The position numbers and the translations under genes are program-made. Under the pieces are notes generated by a model. The model saw nothing but the letters and a program-made list of their open reading frames with translations. It searched no databases and had not been told where the DNA came from. Positions 27,931-37,831 of a DNA stretch of 64,000 bases are shown one piece after another. Within the stretch, counting starts at the first letter, position 1; every line of letters starts with the position of its first letter. Source of the stretch: a virus (lineage: Duplodnaviria; Caudoviricetes); IMG/VR virus record IMGVR_UViG_3300013121_000005, positions 256,001 through 320,000 of that record; one strand, given 5' to 3'.

Positions 27931-28686
27931 TTACAGGTCGAAGCGTGACTTTGATTTCATGGGTTCTGCGCAGGGCTCCCAGTGTTGAGCAAGCATTTCT
28001 GCGGTAACCTCTGTTCGTTCAGGTTCAGGTTGGCCACACCAGTGTTCGACAGCAACCTGATGGTTGGGAAGAAGGTAACGGATGTAAATCAGATTGTTGT
28101 TGGTCTTGTTACGTAGCCATGTGTTAGGGCGTAACCAGTCAGGCGGCGTGAAAGGAGCGGGGTTGGCGCCAAAAGTAATTTGCCGTGGAATTGTGCCGGG
28201 ATCGGGATCTCGGTCGTAGACGGGTAGGGCGCCTTCGTAGAAGGGTAGGGCTCCCTGAGGCAGCTCTTCGACGATGAACGTGCGGCGAACCACTGCTTGG
28301 TAGTCGATGCGAGGCCGGAGCGGGTTCGGCGGGACGATTCGTCGTCTCTCGGGGATCGTCGCGAGGTAGTTCTCCAAGATGCGGCGAGCCACCTCGGGGT
28401 CGATGCTATCCCCATTTTGGTTCGGTCGCGGGTTGACGGCTCGGCCCCAAGCTCCAAAGTCCGGGGTCACGTACACGTAGTGTCGGTAGACCTCTCTTAA
28501 CCGAAGAATCTCTTGGTTGTCCGGCTCGCCCTCAAACTCGATCCGGTAGACCCAATCCCGTTCGCGGCGTTCTTCAAGGACCGTTCGGACGTGATGAGGG
28601 TCTTCCCGAAGGCGAGCTACGGCAGCCCGCATGGTGATGCGGTCATCTAGGGTCGCGATAGGGAAGGAAAGCTGCCACTCAGGCAT
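27931..28686 (-). CDS. hypothetical protein with a major-capsid-like segment; ends SKSRFDL
   Basis: PLRPRIDYQAVVRRTFIVEELPQGALP..YDRDPD. Confidence 0.6.
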   Translation of the reverse strand: MPEWQLSFPIATLDDRITMRAAVARLREDPHHVRTVLEERRERDWVYRIEFEGEPDNQEILRLREVYRHYVYVTPDFGAWGRAVNPRPNQNGDSIDPEVARRILENYLATIPERRRIVPPNPLRPRIDYQAVVRRTFIVEELPQGALPFYEGALPVYDRDPDPGTIPRQITFGANPAPFTPPDWLRPNTWLRNKTNNNLIYIRYLLPNHQVAVEHWCGQPEPERTEVTAEMLAQHWEPCAEPMKSKSRFDL

Positions 28687-28703
28687 AATTTGCTAAGGCT
28701 TCC

Positions 28704-28985
28704 CTAATCGAGTAGGGAAAGTTCATAGGCCCCTCCTCGCTCAGAGGGCCTCCAACCTTCTTCGAGGGCCATCCGAATAAACTCCCGTACGGTTTCCGGA
28801 GTGACTGGATAACCGTACGGGAGCCGAAATTGGAGAACTCGCCCAGGACGGTCGGCGTCTTCTTGTGCCGTGACTGACAGTTCCTTCTGATCCTTATGCC
28901 CAGGGATGAAGGTCTGCTTCACAAGGAAGCAGAATTTCTGACCATCAACGTCAACGAGACGGCTACCTTTGCGCGGAATACCCAT
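28704..28985 (-). CDS. hypothetical protein
   Basis: MGIPRKGSRLVDVDG..ALEEGWRP; GGGAG SD. Confidence 0.65.
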   Translation of the reverse strand: MGIPRKGSRLVDVDGQKFCFLVKQTFIPGHKDQKELSVTAQEDADRPGRVLQFRLPYGYPVTPETVREFIRMALEEGWRPSERGGAYELSLLD

Positions 28986-29050
28986 GGTTCTCCCTAACGA
29001 AGTCGAATTGCTGCCTCCTTAGAGAAGAGAAGGAGCCAAACCCCCGAATC

Positions 29051-30115
29051 CTATAAGCTCATTCCTAGAGACAGGCGTAACGACTCATTCCTAGAGACAG
29101 GAGTCGTTACGCCTCCAAGTGTAACAAATTCGGCTCTAGAGACCGGGATCAAGGTAATATCTTGACCCATAGCTTTGGGGGTAACCTGAAAGTACTTACC
29201 AAGCTCGTACTTCTCTTCCGTGTCGGTAGGGGAGCGGGTTTCCATATAGCCATAAATCAAGTCCCCTTGATTTACCCACAAAGCCTTGGCGTAAAAGGAA
29301 AATTCACTGTCCTTGGTCCTCTTACAGGTAGACCGAATCTTCAAGTTACCGTCCAACTCTTTGATCATCTGCGGGTGGGCCCTAAGAACAGGGTACTTGT
29401 TGACGCGAAAATCGCGTTTCACCCGTACCCCGTTAGGAAGCGTGACAGTGAATGACTCAACCACTAGAATCAGTTGATCGAAGTCAGGGCCTTCTCCATC
29501 CGGAACCAAGAACCTTGGGGAGAGAAGGGAAGGGGATACATCTACCCGCTTTACAGGGTCACCTCCTTTACCCTTGGCCAACTCCTCAAAATAGGCACGA
29601 AATCTCTCCTGCGAGAGTTCATGGAGGTATTCCCCAAGGACTGAACCTAGACGGCTCTTATCCTTGTTAATCCGAAGGAAATGACGGTCCCCTGCCAGGT
29701 CATAGTCCTTGAGGATGTCCTCTCCGGAAAGCTCAGTAGGGTAGCTGGGCCTGGTATAACTTTCCCCAACGCCCATAAGCTGCTCAGTCAGAGTGAGTGG
29801 CTTTTGAGGCTCCTCAGGAAGTGGCTTTTGAGGCTCCTCAGGAAGTGGCTTTTGAGGCTCCTCAGGAAGTGGCTTTTGAGGCTCCTCAGGCGTCTTGGCC
29901 AGACTATCCCGCCTAACCTTTTCCCAAAAGTTGATCTCAGCTCGAAGGTTCTTAAGGGCCACGGTAGCCCCACGGGCATTGTCTTTTTCACGAATTTTGA
30001 GGCAAGTGTGAAGCTCTTTCAGGACATCATCGACGAAAGAGGGGTGGTTAGCGGCAATACGTTGTACGACCAACGCAGCCTCAGTACGAAGAGACGGAAC
30101 GATTTCAATGGGCAT
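29051..30115 (-). CDS. hypothetical protein with PEEPQKPL x4
   Basis: GGAGG SD. Confidence 0.7.
   Translation of the reverse strand: MPIEIVPSLRTEAALVVQRIAANHPSFVDDVLKELHTCLKIREKDNARGATVALKNLRAEINFWEKVRRDSLAKTPEEPQKPLPEEPQKPLPEEPQKPLPEEPQKPLTLTEQLMGVGESYTRPSYPTELSGEDILKDYDLAGDRHFLRINKDKSRLGSVLGEYLHELSQERFRAYFEELAKGKGGDPVKRVDVSPSLLSPRFLVPDGEGPDFDQLILVVESFTVTLPNGVRVKRDFRVNKYPVLRAHPQMIKELDGNLKIRSTCKRTKDSEFSFYAKALWVNQGDLIYGYMETRSPTDTEEKYELGKYFQVTPKAMGQDITLIPVSRAEFVTLGGVTTPVSRNESLRLSLGMSL
29796..29890. repeat. 24-nt tandem repeat, about 4 copies (coding)
   Basis: AGTGGCTTTTGAGGCTCCTCAGGA. Confidence 0.95.
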
Positions 30116-30237
30116 GGCGTGCCCTCCTGCTTAGGGGATCTCTAAAGGGGTTTGTCCGCTTCAGAACCGATACTGGACTGAAACCAGGTCTCGGTACCTT
30201 TAGAGTACACCAGTCGCAGGAGAGCTGTCAATTACTT

Positions 30238-33200
30238 CTATTCTGCCTTCTGTCCTTCGTGGCGACGCTGAATACCTGTCAAGAAGTGCTTAGCCCGTGC
30301 GTAAGTCTCGACAGCCGTATCGATTTCTGAACGGAACGCAATGTTGCTCAGGTGTTCATCTACGGAAGCCTTAAGGTCGTTAGGGTGAACGGCCATGAAA
30401 TCCCTAAGCTTACCGTGTAGGTCTTGTCGCTTCTGAGCGTCGAACCGACTGAGGTGAAAGCGTTCCCCCGTATTGAGCCACTCTAGGATCTTGTCCGCCT
30501 CTGATGGGTGCTTCTGGATAAAGGCTGTGACCTTTGCTCTCCATACGGAGTCAGCCACCTTGCGGATTCCGTCGCCCACGGCTCCTTCAAGCTTCGTAGC
30601 AGCGTCTTGCCAAGCTTGCTCGGAGAAATCGTGAGCGATAGGGAGGAAGCCCACGAAGTGCTTGAGAAGCTTGACCCGATCTACTTGGTCTAGCTCTCCT
30701 ACAACGGCCACCTTCGAGAAGCGGCGGATCATGGGCATCGGGATGCGTTCTGGATGGTTGGTCGCTGCCCAGACCGCAATGTGCGGGTACTGGAGGATAC
30801 CGTCCATGAGCTGTTGGAACTCGGTCGTGAGGTTGGTTGCCCCGAACCCACCACGGGCGTGATCGTCGTTTAGGATGGTGTCCACCTCATCAATGAGAAC
30901 GAAGACCTGCTTGTGACTTTCCTTTTGAAGCTTAAGGGCCTCCTCGAAGAGTCGCTTCGGATTCTTCTCTGCTTCTCCTTTCCAACACGTAAGAAAATCG
31001 CTCGGTTGAGCATATATGCCGATGCACCCTCGGTCCCCACCCACAGCTCGGAGCACCTCACTTTTCCCACAGTTGTGAGTCACCGTGAAGTCATCGAGGA
31101 GATAGCGGTGGTCTCCATCGAGCATGAAGCCGAAGTATTCCTCGGCGGGAAGCTCACGAGTCGTGAACCCGGTACGCAACACGTCTTTGACTTGTTGACG
31201 CTTCTGGGCCTGTTTTTGAGGCAAGCGAACCGGGATCTGGTCTGTGTGGCCGGAGATCATGACCCGGAAATAGGTTCCCTCAGTCCCTCGCTGACTCTTC
31301 TTACGGCACGACTTCACATAGGCAGCAAGACCAAGGCTACGAGCGACGAAGGTGATGTCATCCGCAAGAGCACGGGACTTCGACACGTAATCGAAGCACC
31401 CTCCATGCAGAGACCCGTCCGTGTCGATGAGTCCCGCGAGCAACTCCAAGCGGTCTTCCCGAGAAGCCGTCTTGTAAGCGTGGGGGATGAACTTCGTCTC
31501 CGAGTCGCAACCGAACAGACCCAGCTCGCGGAGAACCGTTGTGATGGGGTTGGGCTTTCCCTTCGTTCCGCTCAAATGGTACGAGGCTGCGGATCGTCCG
31601 TTGGACTCCACGTACACCTTGAGCCCGAAGCTATCAGCTTGAGCGTGGACTTCTTGAATGACCTCTTGATCGACGTTGGTGACGCTGAGACGGTCACGGA
31701 AGCAACCATCCCCAAGTAGGACGCCCAGGAAGTAAGGCTCCAAAGGCAACGGCGCTTCCGCCTCGAAGCTCACCCCCACCCGGAAGAGGGCGTGAACGTG
31801 CTTCTGCGTCTTGGACCACGAGAGGTACTCAGAGACGGTAACGTCCTTGACTTCGTTCGTCGGGATGTACCTCTTGAGGCCGCCCCACCCGCCGTGTTTC
31901 TTTTGCGTGCGAACAAGGGTCAGCATGTGACTCTTGTTGACAACCCACGGCTCTCCCTTGGTAGGGACGATCTCCACCATCTCTTGGACGCCTCGGTGAA
32001 GCTGGAGAACCCGACGTGGGGTGCTGTCCGGCCCCATGAGAAGGTCGCCGACCTTCACCTGCTCGACCGGCAGCAAGGTACCGTCGAACATGAGAATCTT
32101 CTGACCCTTCCGGTGGCACCCCTGAGGTCCGATGAGCAGAGCGTTGGCTTTATCAGCACTCTTGCTGGGGCTCAAAGCTAGGAAAAAGTCGTGCCACCTG
32201 GCACTCTCACGTACTTGACGGATGAATTCCTTTACCTGATCAAAGCCAGAGCCCACTACATCATCAAGGTTGACGACAGGCTTGACCCCGGGGGTGATCG
32301 TAAGGGCCCCAGGTGCCTCCCCCGTGAAAGGGTTACCGTTGCCAATTTTGCAGACATAGAAGCTGTTCTCGTCCTGGTAGTACGCATGCAGCTTGGCCTT
32401 TCGATCAAGGATATACTTGATCAAGTTGCCAGTCTCAGACTTGGAAAGTCGTTCGACAACCTCCTTAATCGTAGCGTTGCGAAACTCTAACTCGAAGCGT
32501 TCCTCCGCTGTTAGGAGCCCCTTCTTATCCTTATAGGTGACGTTTCTCGGATCAAGGTCATCCAAGAATACAAGAGCCTCATGGAATTCTCCATCCTTCA
32601 TCCCCTGGAAGGTTGTTGGGAGGTCAAGGTGTGCTCGGACCTGAGTCGCTAGAGGTTTAACCAAGTCGTCAATCTGGTTCGCCAAGTCCCAGAGAAGACT
32701 AAGGTTACTCTTGATGAAATCTAAGAACTCTGACGGTCTCCGAATGAAAGTACCGACCATACCGTTTTGGATTGCGTCTACTACAATGAGCGCCTTACGG
32801 ATCGAGTAGGCACTCACCTCATCCGCCTTTTTGCCGTCGCGAATCTCCCCGTTGGCATCTACGTTCTCATAGATCGAAATGGCAAGGTCTGTAATTACCG
32901 GGTCACGATGGACCTGGATGCCTTCCACCGTATGTCGTCGTACCAGAGTTGCGAAGTAGGACTCTAGCTTTTCGACGACAAGACGCCCCACGTCGATTGC
33001 AATACCCTTCGACCGCTCAGCCTCAAGAACCCCCTTCGTAAACCGAGTAATCGTAGGGCGATTCATGTTGAATTGAATCGCAAATGAGTTGAGCTGTTCA
33101 ATTGTCTCGGGAGCCCCACTAATTCGCCCCCCGAACAAGAGAAGCTTACCCGGACGAATCTTCTCCACCGTGTTCTTTACAGTGTGGAACCCTTTACGGA

Positions 33201-33537
33201 TTACTTCACACACCTCGAAGATAACCCTCATGAAGTTATGACCGTCGAGTGTGTGTCGAAGGTCTGCAAGAGGGTCATCCTTTTCCCCTTCCGTAAGAAA
33301 GGGGTTGTGCTTTCGTCTGGTCGTATTCCGAACCTCAGACAGAAGAGCGTTGTTGGCCTTTGCGAGTTGGGAAGTCTCCTGGTCTATGCTGTGACACATC
33401 GAGTCCAACAGCTTCAGGAGTTCCGTGAGGTCTTCAACATCTTTCTTCTTTAGGGACTGGATTAGGTCCACAAGGGCATAGAACCGGGTTGGGTTCAACT
33501 CTTCGATTGAAAGGTTAGGATCGATAAGGGTTTGCAT
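30238..33537 (-). CDS. large AAA+ ATPase interrupted by an intein
   Basis: spliced Walker A GPQG|CGKS, LIDEVD, ATN, RRF. Confidence 0.88.
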   Translation of the reverse strand: MQTLIDPNLSIEELNPTRFYALVDLIQSLKKKDVEDLTELLKLLDSMCHSIDQETSQLAKANNALLSEVRNTTRRKHNPFLTEGEKDDPLADLRHTLDGHNFMRVIFEVCEVIRKGFHTVKNTVEKIRPGKLLLFGGRISGAPETIEQLNSFAIQFNMNRPTITRFTKGVLEAERSKGIAIDVGRLVVEKLESYFATLVRRHTVEGIQVHRDPVITDLAISIYENVDANGEIRDGKKADEVSAYSIRKALIVVDAIQNGMVGTFIRRPSEFLDFIKSNLSLLWDLANQIDDLVKPLATQVRAHLDLPTTFQGMKDGEFHEALVFLDDLDPRNVTYKDKKGLLTAEERFELEFRNATIKEVVERLSKSETGNLIKYILDRKAKLHAYYQDENSFYVCKIGNGNPFTGEAPGALTITPGVKPVVNLDDVVGSGFDQVKEFIRQVRESARWHDFFLALSPSKSADKANALLIGPQGCHRKGQKILMFDGTLLPVEQVKVGDLLMGPDSTPRRVLQLHRGVQEMVEIVPTKGEPWVVNKSHMLTLVRTQKKHGGWGGLKRYIPTNEVKDVTVSEYLSWSKTQKHVHALFRVGVSFEAEAPLPLEPYFLGVLLGDGCFRDRLSVTNVDQEVIQEVHAQADSFGLKVYVESNGRSAASYHLSGTKGKPNPITTVLRELGLFGCDSETKFIPHAYKTASREDRLELLAGLIDTDGSLHGGCFDYVSKSRALADDITFVARSLGLAAYVKSCRKKSQRGTEGTYFRVMISGHTDQIPVRLPQKQAQKRQQVKDVLRTGFTTRELPAEEYFGFMLDGDHRYLLDDFTVTHNCGKSEVLRAVGGDRGCIGIYAQPSDFLTCWKGEAEKNPKRLFEEALKLQKESHKQVFVLIDEVDTILNDDHARGGFGATNLTTEFQQLMDGILQYPHIAVWAATNHPERIPMPMIRRFSKVAVVGELDQVDRVKLLKHFVGFLPIAHDFSEQAWQDAATKLEGAVGDGIRKVADSVWRAKVTAFIQKHPSEADKILEWLNTGERFHLSRFDAQKRQDLHGKLRDFMAVHPNDLKASVDEHLSNIAFRSEIDTAVETYARAKHFLTGIQRRHEGQKAE
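31072..32118 (-). mobile_element. 349-aa intein with LAGLIDADG homing endonuclease
   Basis: starts C(HRKGQ), ends TVTHN followed by C+1; LGVLLGDG and LAGLIDTDG motifs. Confidence 0.92.
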
Positions 33538-33564
33538 TTGGATCTGATTTTTCCTTACGGGGGG

Positions 33565-33912
33565 TCAAGAAGCACTCGACCGGTACCGGCTAAAGTAAAG
33601 GCATGCTTTGCAAGTAACTGTTTCCGGGTCGGTTGTAATTTCATCATGGATAGGCCACTTAGAGACTGGGCCATACCTTTTCGTCATACTACACCAAGAA
33701 GGGCCCTCATCTGTGCGCCCTAGATGCAAACTGAAATGAGTAGCCCGCTCGAATCGGGACAAGGTAACGGGAGCCTCATCGTCATGTAAAAGGGAGTGCC
33801 CTATCGCAGATATCTTACACTTCGAGCACGTAGCTGACGAGCCAGTTTCCCAGACCACCTCTGGGCCATCCCAAAGATGCTCTCCTCCCTCAGGGCAACT
33901 GTTGTTTCCCAT
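33565..33912 (-). CDS. Cys/His-rich Zn-binding hypothetical protein
   Basis: CxxC pairs; SRFER internal. Confidence 0.55.
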   Translation of the reverse strand: MGNNSCPEGGEHLWDGPEVVWETGSSATCSKCKISAIGHSLLHDDEAPVTLSRFERATHFSLHLGRTDEGPSWCSMTKRYGPVSKWPIHDEITTDPETVTCKACLYFSRYRSSAS

Positions 33913-33914
33913 TG

Positions 33915-34268
33915 CTACTGGGGGGAAGAAATCTGTATCCTCATCTTAGGTGTACGGCACCCCTCATTCAGGGTGAACCTTGCTGCACACTCTACAGGGT
34001 GCACTTGGACCCCATTCGGGGTTGATGCCGACACCGAGCATGAAACGTAGCCATCTCCGTCTGTATCTCGATCTGCGCAGACCGCAGTAGGGGAGGGAAG
34101 CCGCATTTCCTGCGCCCAGTTGAGCGCCGCATCTTCTGCTTGGGCCTTCGAGGAGAAGCACCCTTTGATGCTCGCCAAGAAGAAAAAGGCCCCTGCAATC
34201 AGAATACCCAAGAGAAGAGGACTGGGGGAGGAGGACTGGGGCAGAGTGTAGTGTTCCAAAGGTTTCAT
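33915..34268 (-). CDS. membrane-anchored Cys-containing protein
   Basis: TM helix; DTDGDGYVSC (DxDxDG). Confidence 0.65.
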   Translation of the reverse strand: MKPLEHYTLPQSSSPSPLLLGILIAGAFFFLASIKGCFSSKAQAEDAALNWAQEMRLPSPTAVCADRDTDGDGYVSCSVSASTPNGVQVHPVECAARFTLNEGCRTPKMRIQISSPQ

Positions 34269-34307
34269 TTCTTTACATTTTCAGGTTAGTGTGGTGTAGG
34301 GTGCAGA

Positions 34308-34532
34308 ATGTGGACCAGATTCGACCTAGACCCTGATTCAGTTATACCAGGCCCAATTACCCGTCTAGTTGTTTACGATCCTGGGTGTGGAAAGAAGGGG
34401 ATTCGAGACTCAGACTACCCTTGCAGTGAGTTCAACCCAGGAACTCCAAACGGAAAGTGTTATTCAGACGGCCATTACCTCTGCCGCGAATGCCTAGAGT
34501 TAGACCCCAAGAGTAGGGACCATTCATCGTAG
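34308..34532 (+). CDS. small Cys-rich protein starting MWTRFDL
   Basis: GGTGTA-N9-ATG; CYSDGHYLCREC. Confidence 0.6.
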   Translation: MWTRFDLDPDSVIPGPITRLVVYDPGCGKKGIRDSDYPCSEFNPGTPNGKCYSDGHYLCRECLELDPKSRDHSS

Positions 34533-34844
34533 CCGTCCCTTTACTCGATGGGTCCCGGTCTCTCTTACCCGTTTTTCCCAGGTGTCCGACTGGCCCCGAT
34601 ACTCCAGCTCGATCTCTTCTTGAGTGCCATAGGTCCTGTGCAAGAAACCCGTAAGGGTATTGACCACTTCCCATCGTCCTTTCAGTGTCGGATCAGGCTT
34701 GATCTGGAAAATGCCAACAATCAACATGGGGCCTAGGCTCACTAAGGTAGGTTGTGCGCTGCTTTCGTCTGCTTCTGCAACTCGTAGAAGGTCCCCATGA
34801 TTACATAGCGTAGGCAGTAAGGGGGGTTCTTGAGGCGAGCCCAC
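34524..34844 (-). CDS. hypothetical protein (start likely MLIVG)
   Basis: operon position. Confidence 0.4.
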   Translation of the reverse strand: MGSPQEPPLLPTLCNHGDLLRVAEADESSAQPTLVSLGPMLIVGIFQIKPDPTLKGRWEVVNTLTGFLHRTYGTQEEIELEYRGQSDTWEKRVRETGTHRVKGRLR

Positions 34845-35143
34845 ATATCAGTGATGCGCTGCCCTACGGTAGCAGTGATGTCTTTTGCAGGGATATGGGA
34901 TATCCCATGGGTGACTTCCCTGTCTTCTTTACGCCCAAAAATCCCTACTGACAAGCACTCCTCGGTAAACCCGATGTGGATCCCAAGAGGCCAAAGGATC
35001 TCAACGACCCCTGTTGCCCTTTGAATCATATCGATGACTACGCTCGCGATCAGAACTCTTTCTTCAGGGTTGTTGAGCACGGCGCAAACAATGTCTGACC
35101 CAATCTTCGTTCCAGGAGTAGGGAGAGAATTACTCATCTGCAT
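34742..35143 (-). CDS. hypothetical protein
   Basis: operon packing. Confidence 0.55.
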   Translation of the reverse strand: MQMSNSLPTPGTKIGSDIVCAVLNNPEERVLIASVVIDMIQRATGVVEILWPLGIHIGFTEECLSVGIFGRKEDREVTHGISHIPAKDITATVGQRITDMWARLKNPPYCLRYVIMGTFYELQKQTKAAHNLP

Positions 35144-35567
35144 CCTTCTCTTCCTGGGCCACTGCCATCATATGCTGGTCGACAAATTGAACCGCTTTTT
35201 CGTGAGCCCCCTCCCTAATGCGGAAAACAGCCGGGTACTCCGTTACCTGCTCAAGTAGCCCATCCTTGACCAACTCTTTGCAGACGCCGCGAATGGTAGA
35301 AGGTGGAAAGCCACACCTATCAGTAAAACCACTCACTGTCTTCGGGGTCGGGTCCTTGAGGAGACAATCTAGAAGACTTGCACCTACAAGGTAGTAGGTT
35401 TTGTGAGCCTTTGGGTTGTAGGTAGGTTTCGTCGGAGTAGGGGTGACGGTTGGGGAAGGGGAGGTTGGAGGTGAAGTCGTGATAGGGGAGTACGGAGACG
35501 ACCCTGAGAGGTTGACCAGTTTGTCCCCAAAGTTCCTGATTGCGTACCCAATTCTGCGAAGAAGCAT
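35130..35567 (-). CDS. winged-HTH-like protein
   Basis: STIRGVCKELVKDGLLEQV; GGTGTA-N9-ATG. Confidence 0.55.
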   Translation of the reverse strand: MLLRRIGYAIRNFGDKLVNLSGSSPYSPITTSPPTSPSPTVTPTPTKPTYNPKAHKTYYLVGASLLDCLLKDPTPKTVSGFTDRCGFPPSTIRGVCKELVKDGLLEQVTEYPAVFRIREGAHEKAVQFVDQHMMAVAQEEKDADE

Positions 35568-35664
35568 GAAGGATACTACACCAGTCACCTTAGGTTTCAA
35601 GTAGAGTGAAATTTTCGCAAGAGTTGTCATTTTTGAAAGTCCTCATTTGGGGTATAGAGGCAAC

Positions 35665-35934
35665 ATGAGCCTCTGGGTCTGGGTCCTCTTGTGTGTCAAC
35701 CTCCTTATTCTCTTCCTTCTCCTGCATTTCAAGGGGGAGACCCTACGCCTGAAAGCGGAAGTCGAGGAGCTAACCGATAGGGTAAAGGAACTCGAAGAAG
35801 GCGAACCCTATGCAGACGAAGAGGGTGAAGACGGTGAAGACGAACACTATGCAGACGAAGAAGACGAAGGTGAAGACGAAGACGAAGCCCTCATTGAAAA
35901 GAAGCCAACAAGGTCTAGGTTTGATCGGGTCTAA
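35665..35934 (+). CDS. membrane protein with acidic linker ending in SRFDRV
   Basis: N-terminal TM, coiled coil, acidic stretch. Confidence 0.65.
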   Translation: MSLWVWVLLCVNLLILFLLLHFKGETLRLKAEVEELTDRVKELEEGEPYADEEGEDGEDEHYADEEDEGEDEDEALIEKKPTRSRFDRV

Positions 35935-36433
35935 GCCGGGCAACAGACAGCATGTAGGAGGGGTCTTGCAACTCCTTCTCCACTCGATCAATTTCGGCTT
36001 GAAGCGCCGACATCTCCACCTTAATTCGCTCCAGATTGCTTAGATCCAAGAGCCTAATATGACGCAGGTGCTGCTGCCTGTGGAACTCAAGACGCCTGAA
36101 GGCTTCTTCAACGGTTTCAACTACGTTCGAGGAATAAGTCTTGAAGACTCGCCCGGTCGAACAGCTAATGTGTGCCTTGAACTTTTCGCCCTGCCATAGA
36201 AGCTTGCGGTGAATGAACGCCACAAACAACTTTTGCTGGCCACGCACACACTCCTCGAACTGGCCCGTTTGCTCGATTTCCCAAAGGGCCATATACCTTG
36301 AGCCAGCAGCAAGAACCGGATAGTACCTGTAGACTCTGCTGGCTTCTCGGGACTCCTTGCGACTTTCGCGGATCTCCCTCAGAAAGTCAGACCTATCCTC
36401 TACCGGCGCTCCCACACTTGCTCTGTTTGACAT
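35915..36433 (-). CDS. hypothetical protein
   Basis: 172-aa ORF. Confidence 0.55.
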   Translation of the reverse strand: MSNRASVGAPVEDRSDFLREIRESRKESREASRVYRYYPVLAAGSRYMALWEIEQTGQFEECVRGQQKLFVAFIHRKLLWQGEKFKAHISCSTGRVFKTYSSNVVETVEEAFRRLEFHRQQHLRHIRLLDLSNLERIKVEMSALQAEIDRVEKELQDPSYMLSVARLRPDQT

Positions 36434-36470
36434 CTTTTGTCGGTTAACGCAAGAGGAAGGCTCCTTTCAA

Positions 36471-37070
36471 CTAGCGGGTCTCGTTTTTTCTTCGTTCTTT
36501 CAACATGTCTAGCCAAGGATCAATCTGGGCGAACATGTCCCACCTGCAAATCTCCAGGACCAGCAGGTCTTTCCAGCAGTCTGTCCTATCCATCTCTTCC
36601 CAGACTCGCCCCCGCCTCTGCCACTCGGAGATGGAGACCCCCGGAGGCATGTCGGTTTGGTTCTGGTAGTGAAAGTCCCGGACCCGTTCATCTTTCGCGA
36701 GGAAATCAAGAACGTCTTTCATCGTCCAGTCGCAGTAGGGGATGAGGTAAATCTTCCCCTTATAGTGGCGGAACCCCACACTCACGTCGAAGTTGAACGG
36801 ACTCCGGAAGGAGGAAGCGCTGTTTTCTTGGTACCCCTTGCGGACAGAATCACGAGCAACCTCGAAACGAGCACGCCATTCATCCCCGTATCTTTCCAAG
36901 TTCTCTTGGAAAGGCTTCGAGGTAACCTCCACCTCAGGGATGAACGCTTCGTACATTTTCCTTAGGTTAGCTTGAACATTCTTGGTACCTTTCACCCGAA
37001 TGTCTCGGACAAGAGGCCACAGATCACGAGTCCTTGTGAGAACATACGCCGTCCAAATTTTGACACTCAT
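36471..37070 (-). CDS. phage hypothetical protein
   Basis: MSVKIW..HYQNQTD..EWQRR..W. Confidence 0.7.
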   Translation of the reverse strand: MSVKIWTAYVLTRTRDLWPLVRDIRVKGTKNVQANLRKMYEAFIPEVEVTSKPFQENLERYGDEWRARFEVARDSVRKGYQENSASSFRSPFNFDVSVGFRHYKGKIYLIPYCDWTMKDVLDFLAKDERVRDFHYQNQTDMPPGVSISEWQRRGRVWEEMDRTDCWKDLLVLEICRWDMFAQIDPWLDMLKERRKNETR

Positions 37071-37079
37071 GAATGGGGC

Positions 37080-37379
37080 CTACTTCGAGAGAAGGTCATA
37101 CCTAGATTTTGGAGGCTTTGGCTTACTTAGTTCTTCTATGCGCTTATCTACGTACTTAAGCCGAGCTATAATCTTGGAATACAGGCCACTTCTTGAGCAC
37201 TGTACCAGCCAGGCTTGGTAACGTTTGGTCCGATTGACCCTCTTAACACCTTTTAGGGGAGGGGAGGGCAAGGGGCTGAAGATTGGCCATGCCTTTCCGT
37301 AGGGGTCAAATCCAAACTTACATTCCAAGGCAATCAGAATGCTGGCCCGCTTTGTCTGCCAGTAGACTAGAGGCTTCAT
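37080..37379 (-). CDS. basic hypothetical protein ending in KSRYDLLSK
   Basis: operon packing. Confidence 0.6.
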   Translation of the reverse strand: MKPLVYWQTKRASILIALECKFGFDPYGKAWPIFSPLPSPPLKGVKRVNRTKRYQAWLVQCSRSGLYSKIIARLKYVDKRIEELSKPKPPKSRYDLLSK

Positions 37380-37385
37380 GTTCTC

Positions 37386-37736
37386 TCAAAGAGAAGGACA
37401 CCGGCAAGCCACATCGAACCAACGCTCTGGGTTCTCTTGCCACTTGCTCCAGCGGAAGTCAAAGGAGCTGCGGTCCTTCTTGTGGTACGCTTTCGTGTTG
37501 ATGGCTTGGAGTCCCGACTCCATCCAAGGGAAGGGCTTGCCCTGGCAGACCTGGGCGCTCTGGTAGAGGACCCAGAGGTACCCGTACAGCGTCCGTAGTT
37601 CGAGCCGGGCACGAGCCCTCTCGATCTCCGGCCGGATGGTTTCGTAGGCTTCCGTAAGGGCCGCAGCAGCCTTGGTCCGATTGCCCTCACAGGCGTACTT
37701 CTCCGCTTGAGCACATAGTTCGTAGAGCACACGCAT
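37386..37736 (-). CDS. hypothetical protein
   Basis: AGGAGG SD. Confidence 0.6.
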   Translation of the reverse strand: MRVLYELCAQAEKYACEGNRTKAAAALTEAYETIRPEIERARARLELRTLYGYLWVLYQSAQVCQGKPFPWMESGLQAINTKAYHKKDRSSFDFRWSKWQENPERWFDVACRCPSL

Positions 37737-37831
37737 GATACCTCCTATGGGACGTACTTCCCGTCTCTCAGGGATAAACCCAGGGAGGGGGCGATCCGAT
37801 AAGGGGGCTAATGTCGTCCGTCATTCTCGAA

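Noticed and set aside
29796-29890. 24-nt repeats as a CRISPR array
   Set aside because: The repeats are contiguous with no spacers and are in frame within a CDS.
33689-33696. GGTGTA copy inside ORF 33565..33912
   Set aside because: It is intragenic with wrong spacing, and chance occurrences of a 6-mer are expected.
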